DNA from: Tubiluchus corallicola
Lineage: Eukaryota; Animalia; Priapulida
DNA: 64,000 bases
NCBI GenBank assembly: GCA_030141605.1
Contig: JAQGDQ010002377.1
Location: 124,001 to 188,000 of the forward strand
Direction: 5' to 3'
The notes below the pieces were generated by a model, which was not told the origin of the DNA, did not search any database, and was given only the letters and a program-made list of their open reading frames with translations. Within the stretch, counting starts at the first letter, position 1, and each line of letters starts with the position of its first letter. A program made the position numbers and the translations under genes. This document shows, in pieces, positions 15,201-27,900 of the stretch.

Positions 15201-18200
15201 ATTTGAAGTTTCTTGTATCCAATAATATCATTATTAATATAGTACATTATTGTGGAACTCTCACAGCACTTTGTTTAATGTGTCAAAAACCAAATGTCTA
15301 TACTTTATCCCCAAAAAGATTCGAAATATTGTAGCTGGAAAAGTTTTTCTTAACCAATTAATGTCATTAAAAGTGAAAAATATCTGTGGCACATATTATC
15401 TGATTATTATAGTGGTGACCAGTCAGATTATTTTAAGCAAATGCTAATTCATGAAGTAATAAATTATGCATTATAGCACAAAAGAAATAACAAGTATTTT
15501 GTTCAAATCGTATTTCATAGGAATTTTTCGTAGCAGCATATGAATATCCTATAGTATTTCCTATCGTATATCCTATAGATATAATATTGCGATGCTCAAA
15601 TCGGCATATAATGTTGCTCCTAGTAGAATTAATTAGGTACGAGAGCGTCTTATATATGTGCGCTTAATAAGGTTCCACACTTTAACATATTAATGAGGAA
15701 GAGCTGCTACAGCTTAAGAAATTGCTTTCTTGCTGATGAAAATGACATTATGATTAGTGGTTGTATAAACTCTGATGCGTTATTTGAGTCACTATTTTTA
15801 ACAACTGTCAAAAGATATTATATGATGATTTTAAGGTGTAAATTTTTAGGCATGGTACTTTTAATATGCATTTTAGATTTTTAGTTAATAAGTTTAATCT
15901 GTTTTACAAATAATTTTATGTGTGTTGTAAATAGATGTAATATGGTACTATGTGTATTGAATTAACGTAAAATCTCAATCTTGCCTTACTGTGAAATAAA
16001 ACCAGATATTTTTGAAAATCTTTAAACCTTATGTAATTTGCTTGGAATGTAGTGTTTCACATAAATACCAATTCGTAAAAGCTTTAAAGTCTAGTTTGCA
16101 AAAAAATAGCTTGCACTTTTTTCTAGTTTATAATACTACTTATAGTCACACATATTTTTTACATATTTCAGTGTAGCTTTCGTTTTTTTTTTGTGAATTC
16201 CATTCGTAGGGAATTTTAGGCATTTAGTTAGGACATGCAACTGGGTAACATTTTGCAAACAATTATTATGGTTTCATGAATTTTACTGCATTAATGTGTT
16301 TCTTGACTAAGTTAATCGTTTTATACAGATTGCAGTTTTTTGACATTGTTCAGAAAGCTTGTGATACGTATTTCCGTGCAAACATTGACCGACTTCTTGG
16401 CCACTTAGCTGTGGAAAACCAATGTGTCACTGATGATGATGTGAGGAGTCTGATGTTTGGCGACTATCTGCATCCAAGTAACGATCCAACTGAACCAAAA
16501 TTGTATGACGAAGTGACTGACCTCAATGCATTGATTTCCTTAATGGAACAGTATGTGTAATTCTTGTTTGCTTTTGCATATATCAACTTCACTTGCTTAC
16601 AATATAATCATTGGACAATATTTGTTTGTCCTTTCTGCTTTTGTTTTTAATTTAATATTAAATGTAATGTAAAAAAAATTATAATTTGTGTAAAAAACTA
16701 GTAAGTACTCTAGTACAAATTAGTTATATATCTGCTACTGTAGATGAAATGGTTTAGCTAATAGTATAGAATACAAGCGGAGCTAAAAACTAGCAGAGAA
16801 CCTGTCATTGTGACGATGAGCTTCTGTGTTTCCAAAAGAGGCTTGGCACAAATTCTTATTCAGTAACTATTATGTTAAAATTAATTTTTTTGATTTATCT
16901 TTATTTCAAAAATTTAACTAATAGTTGATTTGAAACTTATTATTAATTAATAATGTGAAATTAATTTAATTAGTATTAATTTATAAGGGACATGTTAATT
17001 TCCTGATTAAGATGCAAACACTTTATCTGACTATTTCCATTAAAATTTCATGTTAAGCTGCCACAGTAGCATTCATTTTCTATAACAATATGAACGCTGT
17101 CTACAGAATACTCATTTTTTTCTGTTTATTTATGCTGACTGTTATTTCATTGTATCTAGGTATCTAGATGATTATAATTCCTCCAGTAAAACACAAATGC
17201 CACTAGTTATGTTTAAATTTGCTATTGAGCACATCAGCCGCATTAGTAGAATTCTAAAACAGGATGATGGGCATGCACTGCTAGTAGGTAAGCTCAACTC
17301 TTATCTTTGTCTGATACACAGAAATATGTACTATGTAGGGTGGAATAATATGCACTTTATATGATGGGTGCAAAAATAACAATATTGGACTCATAATGAT
17401 ATATAAGGACCTGGATCACTATGCTGATCACTATTATTAAACGTGAATCCAAATGTCTAACTCCAGCTAAAATAAGCAAAACGTATATGGAACACGTGCA
17501 AATTAACTCACACGTACGAATTGAATTTAAACTTTAAATGAAATTGTTAATACTTCTTTTATGCATTTGACAGTCCTATTTTTGTAGAGTGGACAAATGT
17601 TATTATATCCTATTCCTTTCATGTTTTTTTGCTTGAAATGACTGTATAATTGTTTGTAAATTTCACTTAAATCTTATATTGATGTCCATGAAATGAAATA
17701 CTGAAATCCATCTGTAATAAAATTGGCTAAAAACAGGAAGAACCATTAGAGATTAGGACTTGGACCTCCTTGGAACATAGAGCTCCCTTCAATCTGTTAA
17801 CTACTTACTGAATCCCGTCTGGGTTGGGATCTCACAGTGTCCCCTTCAATCTGTTAACTACTTGCTCAATCCCATCCTGGTTGGGGCCTCACAGTGTTTC
17901 CTTCAATCTGTTAACTACTTGCTCAGTTCCGTCCGGGTTGGGATCTCACAATGTTCCCCTCAATCTGTTAACTCATTCCCATCCTGGTTGCGATCTCACA
18001 GTGTCCCAATCTCATTCCCTTCAATCTCATTCTGCTCTTACAAAGTGATTTCTTTCTTATTTGTATCTAATTTATTTACCCATCTGTATGGTACATGATA
18101 CATGGCAGTGTTCTTAGAATACTCATTTTTTCTGATTCTAGAGGACTGACTCACATTTTATGAATTTGTTCAGTACATATTTATATAATTTTCCGTGTTG

Positions 18201-21200
18201 TGATCTCTTTATGTTGTGCAACAAAAACAATTTTCTTTCGTGAAAAACAAATTGATCTCATCTTATTTTATCTAATATGGCAGTGTGGGCTAGTCTACAG
18301 TGTAGAATTTTCAGCATAGTTCACTGTTCAGTGTAAGTTCGTTGCAAATAAACTTTTATTTTATTTTCTCCTTATTTTTTACAGCCATCACTGCTTAGAG
18401 CTGTGCTCATTTAAATATTTGTGTCAATGCACTGCATTCCTTTTATATAGTTTCCACTTGCCCCGGTATTGTTATTTATGTATACATGTATCCAAAGATA
18501 ATGTGTGCCTATTTTTTTCTGTTTGTCAAATATTTTTTGTTTCCTAGGTGTTGGCGGAAGTGGGCGGCACAGTGCTACAAAACTAGCAACATTCATGGCT
18601 GGTTATCAGTTGTTTCAGATCCAAATCACTAGAACTTACACTACTGCTGATTGGAGAGAAGATATAAAGCTGGTAAGGATGGCAAGAAAGTTCGGTTAGA
18701 TTTGTGCTTATAATTCATTTCAATTTGCCTTTATTTCAGCATAAAACTGTCTATAACACAAAAAAACGAATTACTATAGACAAAAATGCAAAAACTAATT
18801 AACAAAAAATTATTAAAATGTACCACCCACACCGTGTGACTGTAATTATCATTTTGCAATCTGTCATTGGTATTTTTTATTCACTGAGATTCTATAACGT
18901 AAGTTATTCATAATATTTTTCAGTCACTTAGTCAGTATTAATATAGTTTTATTAGTCTGGCACTAATAATTTGATATATTTAGTGGCTCACCTTTTTCAA
19001 TTCTAAGTTCATTTTTAGAATTCATATATTACCACAATGTTTTCTTATCTAAAATTTTTAGGTACTTCGAAAGGCAGGAACAGAAGGCAAGCCCATTGTT
19101 TTTCTGTTTAGTGACAACCAGATTAAGAACGAATCATACGTGGAAGATATTAACATGATACTTAATACAGGAGATGTACCAAATCTCTACCCACCAGATG
19201 AAAAAGCTGAAATCATTGAGAAAATGCAAGCAATTGCAAAAAATGAAGTATGAAACTTGGCATGCAGCGTGCAATGTAGTTTTCCAAAACGAGTTTAATT
19301 ACCAGTTGCAATGCTTGCTTTAAGCTGTGTTTTAAATTCTTGACTGTTGCTTCGTCGCTGTGTTTTTTACGCGATCTTTGGTTGTTTTCTCACTGTTTAT
19401 TTTTGATAATCATGTGTGTTTATGATGCTGCAGCTTTTGATGTTTTTGCTTTTAATAAGAGCAGGATTTTTTATTTAGCTAATTGCTAATCTGTAGCAGG
19501 TAAGATTTATTTACTAACTAATATTACCGTATGGAAATAGTTTGTTTATTAATTTGATAGCAAAAAAACTTACATTCCAACAGTTGTAATAGTGAAATTT
19601 GACCAGAGCTTTTTGATTAGAAGCTTTAGCCAACGTTATCAAAGACCAGTTGACTCAAAAGAACCCATTGGTCTTTGTGTCCAAGTCATGTAGTCATGTA
19701 GTTGGTCTGGGGAAAGTCTATTTTTTCTCCGTCATTTTTTTTGCTATTTTATAAATACCAAAATTCATTTAATTTAACTGCTAGGTGGTGTTTTTCTATT
19801 AAAATTAAACACATTTTTTGGAAACTCTGTTTGGTAATTCATTACCGACCAGTAAGTTTTTGTGTTTATAATTACATTTGTAACTTACTTCAGCTGATGT
19901 CGACACCTTGATGCACAAACTTTTTTTAACTTTATGTTTTTTTATTCAGTTATACATGTAATTGCATTTATGGTTTACATACTGATGTGGGCTGGGAGCC
20001 CCATACATGAAAAAAACGCCGCAAATTGTACGGGCCATAAAGGGTTTTGACTGCATGCTAAATAACTAATTCTTAACATTTACTTATCAGGGTAGGACAA
20101 TCGAAGCTACACCATTAGCGATGTTTAACTTTTTCATCGAGCGTGTGCGAAAAAATTTGCACATTGTGTTCACCGTGAGTCCGATTGGTGACGCGCTCCG
20201 TAATCGACTACGGATGTTTCCATCACTTATAAACTGTTGCACTATTGACTGGTTTCAAGTATGTGTAAATATTTTTTATCTAAATTCGAACAGTAGTTAA
20301 AATTAGCAAGCAAATTTTTAAAGCTAAGTTTTTCTTCAGCTTAGAATGCAGATGTTTAATATTATGCAAATAGTTCACTGAAAAGTAAAAAAAACTGTTT
20401 CCTTGATTTTGAAAAGTTTTAGTTTTAGTGCTTCTAATATCTGTCATATTATGATCTTATAATATTCTTAAATTTGTTTCTAAGAAAACCAGATTGAGTC
20501 ACTCATGAACATTAGACAATGCAGACAATGCAATGCAACCTGTGAAAATGACAAACTGAGCTTCTAATCAAATACCAAACAACAGTTTTTATGAGTAATC
20601 AAAAACAAAATGACTGGTTCACCTTTATTGTAGTTTGAGTAGCATGGTTAATAGAATTCGGCAATAATAATATTGTGATCTAGTTACTAAATCACGTTCT
20701 TTAGGCCATGTTGTGTTTAGCATTCTGCTAAGGTAAACTTTTGCTGCAACTAGCAATTAAACTCGTAATGTGATGCACACTTTCATGTAGGGTTTCTCTG
20801 TCTTTGTTTTTGTCTTTAATACAATTCATTAAATTTCCATACCATTCATTTATTGTCTATTTGATCAGGCTTGGCCTGAAGATGCATTGGAGATGGTGGC
20901 TCATAGATTCTTGACTGATTTAAACTTCCCTGAAGAACTGCACAACCACTGTGTTGAACTGTGTAAAATTTTCCATAGCAGCGTTAGAAAACAAAGTCAA
21001 AAGTACGTATTCTACTTACCATGCCTTCCTTTATGTAGCAGATTGTTTTGTTCGTCGTGTTTGACTCGTTTTGCCCTCTTAATAGAACATCTATGTTGTG
21101 AATAATCCAAGTCAATTTGTGCAGGCTGTTGTTTTAATAATGGCTACTATGTTACTTGCATTGCAAAGGATTTTTCGTTTCAAAATACTACTAAATTTGG

Positions 21201-21782
21201 ATAATTTTTTTTCTTTAATATGTCTAGTAAAGAATAAGTTCATAGTTATTTACAAGTTAAATGCATCTTGTATATAATAGTCACAGTATAATATGTAAAC
21301 ACGTATAGAAAAATTTCAGCAAAAGTCTAGTGACTGTATTTCCTAACTATCAGGATGTAGAGTCTTGCTGTACAATTAAGTATACTGTATAGGAACAATA
21401 GGTGCAAAGAAAAAACTAGTTACTGACATGTTATTCTTAAACAATAGATATTTTGACATATTGCGTCGCTACAATTACGTTACTCCCACATCGTATCTTG
21501 AACTAATCCTTACATTTAAAACATTATTGCAACATAAGCGGGATGAAATTACATCCATGAAGAACCGGTACATTGCTGGGATTGACAAACTGGACTTTGC
21601 TGCTTCACAGGTTCGTGTTGTTTAACACTTTGCTGAGTTACTTTTGCCAATAATGTGGACAATATGTAATTCTGTTTTTTTTTCTGATGACCGATTTATG
21701 TTGTTTTATGATGGTACATAGTTATGAATTATCAAAACTATCAAAAAGTATTTTATTTTTGTTTATTACATATTTCTATATC

Positions 21783-21879
<97 letters not shown>

Positions 21880-21888
21880 CCTCTTCCT

Positions 21889-21985
<97 letters not shown>

Positions 21986-24900
21986 CCTCTTCCTCTCCCT
22001 CTTCCTCTCCCTCTCTCTCCATACCACAAAATGTGAAATTTGTGGTATACAAATTGAAACGTATTTTTGCATTAAACCACCATTTCAAACATCTCTGTAA
22101 ACGAAACCTGGTTTAAGTGATGACTGTTCGATTGACCATGTCGTATTTGCTCAGTTGGTCAATTCTAAGCCAGCTTATGTGCAGCAATTTCTCCTTTGGT
22201 AGGCTATACGGGAGTTTTGAACTAACTGTTAAATGTTGTACATGTTGTTCACATTTTGTGCTGAGGTCCAATGCAGTGAGATTCATTTGATGCCTTTATT
22301 ATCAAAGTTTGTCCTTCTCAGCTTACATGCGTCTTTTGTAATAATTATCATGTGATGAACAGAGACAGCATTCTATCTTTTCTTATCAATTCTTCACTGT
22401 TTGTGATTAGGTATCAGTTATGCAGAAAGAGCTGACTGACCTGCATCCACAGCTGATTCAAACTTCTGTTGAAACCGAAGAACTGATGGTTGTAATCGAA
22501 CGAGATACTAAAGTGGTGGAAGCGCAGAAAGAGGTGAGCATTAATAGCATACAAAATATTTTGTGCAAGATTTATTAAAACAAACAGATAACTTAACTAT
22601 ATTGTGCAACTTAAGGACAGCTAGTATCCTAATCATTTTGAGTCAATTATGCAGAGTTACTTGAGTCAATTGCCGACAATTTTTACGAACGTTTAAATAG
22701 GAATGGCCTGTATCAGATGTTTTTCTGTCAATTTGGTGACTGATTCTATTAACCATGAGGCTCATAAAGGGTGCCTACTGTATTACATGTAGTTATTTAT
22801 AAATGAGTTTATGAATCCTCAAATGTCTTGTGAAATTGGGTTCTGAGATCTTTTTCTAATGGTGTTTTCTCATGATAGTTTCTCATAGTGGAACAATAAA
22901 CAAATAAATACTGGCTCTGGCCAGTTTGTATTGCAATTAACTGGATAATCTTGATTTTATCTTCTCTGTTTCTATTGAGGTCGTTGCAGCAGATGAAGCT
23001 GTTGCCAACGAGGCTGCTGCAGCTTCCACAGCCATTAAAGATGAATGTGAAAGTGATTTGCAGGAAGCCATACCAGCACTAGAAAGTGCACTCACTGCTT
23101 TGGAGACACTGACACCTGCCGATATCACTATAGTGAAGTCAATGAAGGTAATACAAACACTTTATCACAATTGTGTTGACACTTTTATCAGGTTTGTGTT
23201 GAAATGATGAAGACAATAGCAGAGTACTCACACCTTGATACTACTGGCTACAAAGTTAAGTACTGGCAGACTCGATTACAAATGCATAAGTAACTGCCAG
23301 GAACACTGCTTCTCATTGGTTTCATTTATCTTACAGCTATCTCTGTCATTGAAAGTGGATATTTATGTATTCAAACCTGATCGACTTCTTTGTACAGGTT
23401 TAGTGTTTTATTTTAAAGATTATTCTTGACAGTAAGCCAGCTGCATGTCTGAAACAACCATTTGACATTTGTAGCTGGTCCTGCCATTAAGTGCTAGTCC
23501 TTGTAGTTTGTCAAAACATACAAAAAATATAAAAAAAATTATGGTGGACCTGTAAGCTATTTCCATTTCCTGCACCTAAATAAATGTGGTGCACAGTTTT
23601 CAAAAGACATTTAACATTGTTCATTTTTATGTAATTACCACAGAATTCACAGTGTTATTTTTAAATTTCATAAGTATGTAAATTGGTTGTGGCTGAGTAG
23701 AGTCACACTGTTAAATGAAAATTTGTTAGTATTTGCATGCATATACATTAGTGTTTGCGTACAAAAGTATATCATCATTTTAATTTCTGATTATTTACAG
23801 AATCCACCACCTGTGGTAAAGCTTGTTTTGGAGGCTGTGTGCGTTTTAAAGGGCATTAAGCCTGAACGAAAACCTGATCCGTCTGGCTTCGGTGGCATGA
23901 TTGACGATTACTGGGCGGTATCTTTAAAACTTCTTAGCGACATCAAGTTCTTGGATGGTCTGAAAAACTTTGATAAGGACAATATCCCTCCTGTTATTAT
24001 GAAGAAAATTAAAGAGAAGTAAAAGAAATGTGTTTTTTGGTGTTTTCAAATTTTGTAATATGTCCAATTTACAACATTTTTATGCCTTACACGCCATTTG
24101 CTTGATAGTGATTCGATGGTTCGAAGGGCTACTTGAGTCTTCAAGCTTTTGGGGAAGGAGTTTATACATTTCCCCACCCAATTTAAATACCTCAACCCTA
24201 ACCCTAACCGTAATCCAAACTCTAACCCAAACCCTAATCCTAATTTGCTTCACGAATGAATTTCTTGTGCATGGGGAATCGTAAACTTTAGCCTCTTTTA
24301 GATCATAAGTAAGACCGGAAGTAGTGATGACATTATCTGTGGTGCAGACCCACCTGCTGTGCAAATTTGGCTGGAATCAAGTCAGTGGTTTCTGGGGAAT
24401 GACAGAAGAACAGACAGAAATTCCAATCTTTGGTTCAGATGTCTTTTAGATAGTTATCCAAGAACCCAGAGTACCGAGTTTCGTATTCACTACTTCAGCA
24501 CTTTTCTAGGAGATAGATTTTGGAGTCACAAAAGTACCTATTATACTAGTTTTCCAACCATTTGCTAATGAACCGTCATTTTCATGGCAACAATCACGAT
24601 CAATCAAGCTGAGTCATCGAATCAATACAAGTGCCCAGTTTTTAATACATTAGATCGGGATTTTAGATTGTATTTCATTAACAGCAGATTTCATTAACAG
24701 CTGACTAGTTATTGTTTGACGTCAGTTTCTCTTTACTCCACGCATACTAATTATTGAGCATTGCATCGCTAATAAATTTAGTTTAACTTAGGTATATAGC
24801 CAATCCAGAGTTTGACCCTAATTTAATTAAGAACGCATCAACAGCATGCGAAGGGATATCTCGCTGGGTGCTTGCTATGGAAGTGTACGATCGTGTCATC

Positions 24901-27900
24901 AAAGTTGTGGCTCCAAAACAAGCAAAGCTAAAAGTTGCTGAAGCTGAATTAGCTGTGCAAATGGAAAAGCTGAACGAAAAGCAAGCTCAGCTGAAGGAGG
25001 TTTGGATCTTCCTTTTTTTTACTTTGATAACTTTGAATAAAAACCTGTCTAATTGATTTGTGATTGGGAAATAAATTCTTAAAATAAAAATAATAGCCAT
25101 GTACCCCAGACACAAACATTTCCTACATTTTGACCAGTTAATTATGGTCATGTTCATGCGACAATCCACCTAAATAAAAATACAGTACATAAGAATTACA
25201 AAAACGAGCATTGTGAGAAACAAGCAAGGTAAATACCAAAGTGTAAACTTAAATGTCTTGTGATATAAAGACAAATGATAGAAGTAATAAAGTAATGTTA
25301 TTCCAACACAATTACTAATGCCTGAGGGTGATGATAAGAGAAACCTTTGCACCAAACGTGAACAGTACTGTAAGCAAGCAGCTACAGGGACCAATTCAAA
25401 ATAATTCCAGGGGCAGAGAAGAAAGTTGATCATTAAGTTCTGACAAAAGTTTTTTTTATCAAGAAGAGTTTCAAAAGTGTAAATCAAAGGCACTGCTGGC
25501 AGAATATAAAATTTTGAAATTATCGAGTCTAATGAGTGTGAACAATGATCACGGATCGATGAGTGTGGCATATTAATTGACACAGGAGGAAAAAAGTTGC
25601 TAGTGTGTTAAATAAACATCTATTCTAAAGTCTCAAAAGTAAGGCACACTCAGGCATAGTATACAGTGAACCAAAACTGATGAGTTAAACACAAGAAAAA
25701 CGCACATAAATAAAGCTTAAGAAAGTTGCATTGAAATTTTATATCACCTACGTGCTATCTTTGCATACATGCGTTAACAGTAACGCTGTATAAAATTTGT
25801 ATAAGCAAAAGTATAAAATACTTTATATTGTCAATTTCAATAAGATCCACTTAACTATTGGATAATATGTGCCAAAATAGCCACTAAATAACATGTTTTT
25901 TGGTGAATCTGTGGTTGAAACTGGGATGGCGATGCAGTACTGTTTCACCAGGTGGTGCAAAATTGCAAATTATTATCAATTTTTTTCTATTTTAATAAGT
26001 CTCAAACATGTAAATTAATGCTAAGTAATATAACCTTGTATGAAAAGTTTTTTGGGATATACTTGAAAATTCTCTTTTCTTCCTCTTTAGTAGAATAAAG
26101 AAAGAAAGAATGGACAAAGATGTCATCTTAAAGGCATGGCCTTGATAATAAATGAGGTCTCAGTCCTACTATGATCTTTTGTCTTGTGTAGGACCTGCTG
26201 TTGAATGCTGGATCATGAATTGTAAAAATAAAAGAATTGAATTACAGTGTATGATATTATTGCTACTGGCTTGGTCTCTATTTATAATAGCATTTAATGT
26301 TACATTTTGCTACCTGCTTTTTAACCAAAGTAAGGAGTAAAGACTGCCCCACCATTGATATTGCACAAACTCTTTGGCCAACTTTTGGTGTAATAATCTG
26401 CAGATTTAAATTAGAAAAATTTGCAAATAAACATAATAAGTTGAGATGTTTTATGCTTCGTATATGTAAGCAATCCCTTGAAGTTCATACTATTCTTGTA
26501 ACTTGTGTATTCAGGTTGTAAATCATTTGCTTCAACTTAACAACAAGTTTCAAGCCATGAATGATAAAAAGAAAAGTTTAGAGGATAATATAAAACTGTG
26601 CTCTGTGAAGCTGGGACGAGCTGAGAAGATTATTGGTAAGAAAGTGTATGCAATGGTGCCACTCTGGTACATTTTCTTAAATTATTAAATTTATTTCGAA
26701 AGTTATTGCTATTCTTATAGAAAATATTTTGCTGTAAAATGTTACTGTGTGCATTTGTTTTTGTGCATGTAACTCCTGCTAATGAACTAAACATCCAATG
26801 ACTTGAATGTATGTATTTCTTTTATTTGTAACAAATAAAATGATTTTATACTACTACTCCGTCGTATTACAGATGAGTTGGGAGGAGAGAAGGAAAGATG
26901 GAGAGAAGCAGCTGAAATGTTAGCTGAACGTTATATAACTATCACTGGTGATGTTCTTGTGTCTGCTGCTGTAATGTGTTATCTTGGACCTTTTACTGTT
27001 GATTTTCGACAGGTGGTAACCCGTACTACTGCACATTAAAACCTTTTTTGTATTTACATTTTTCAAGAAAAAATTAGACGAAGTAGCAACATTAACCAGC
27101 AATAATACTTGCCAGCTACCATAAATTTGTGACTGCAAAACACCGGTATTAAATTACTGTTTATGTTAAAATTGTGTATTATAGAATCGAGAGACGATAG
27201 AACTTGTGTTCCTACGGTTTCAAAGATTTACATGATGAGTCTTGTCAGGATATTGACAAAAAATATATTCAGGAAATATTGTCACCATGTTGGTACAACA
27301 TAAGATATTTTTGAACAAAATTGGTGCAACATACCACCAATTTTATTGTCCAATATAAAGCCCATACCAGTAGAATTAATATATAGATATTGGAAACACA
27401 TTTTTTATACATATTGAAAACTTATTGGTGCAATGTTGTGGCAAATCTACATTTCCATATGGTATCCATATTTGCAAAAATCTTGTGACAACATTCTTGC
27501 AATATTGTTGTGCAGCCTCGGGTACTTGAACCTGTAAGGAAGGTTCGTTAAAGAGCTAAATTTAATAAGCAACATTAAAACAATTCTTAATTCTGTGTTA
27601 ATTGTTACTTTCATCTAATTGCACAAAGCCGTCTCTTTATTTACCTGTTATTTGTATTTGCTATTACAGGAATCAGCTAATCAATGGCATCAGATGTGCA
27701 AAAATAGGCACATACCCTGCTCTGATCAGTTTTCATTAAGTAACACACTAGGTAATCCGGTGAAGATCATGGCTTGGAAAATAGCTGGATTGCCAGTGGA
27801 TTCATTTTCTGTGGATAATGGAATCATTTCAACTAACAGCCGCCGCTTTCCACTTCTAATTGATCCTCAAGGTTACGATTAACAGCTATTTCTATTCTAA

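Noticed and set aside
17152-17167. GTATCTAG repeated across the exon 14 acceptor
   Set aside because: An 8-bp AT-rich match is plausible by chance, and the second AG is out of frame
17785-18030. Possible CRISPR-like array (also 37212-37560)
   Set aside because: Contiguous tandem units without unique spacers; eukaryotic intron; no cas genes
18548-18575. AAA4 P-loop lacks the Walker A lysine (GSGRHS)
   Set aside because: GxGGSGR is normal for this axonemal dynein class and does not indicate pseudogenisation
21687-22116. Five ORFs of 87-137 aa (SL and ER repeats)
   Set aside because: Translations of the (CT)n microsatellite
25170-25583. 137-aa minus-strand ORF
   Set aside because: No recognisable domain; at most a very decayed LINE C-terminus
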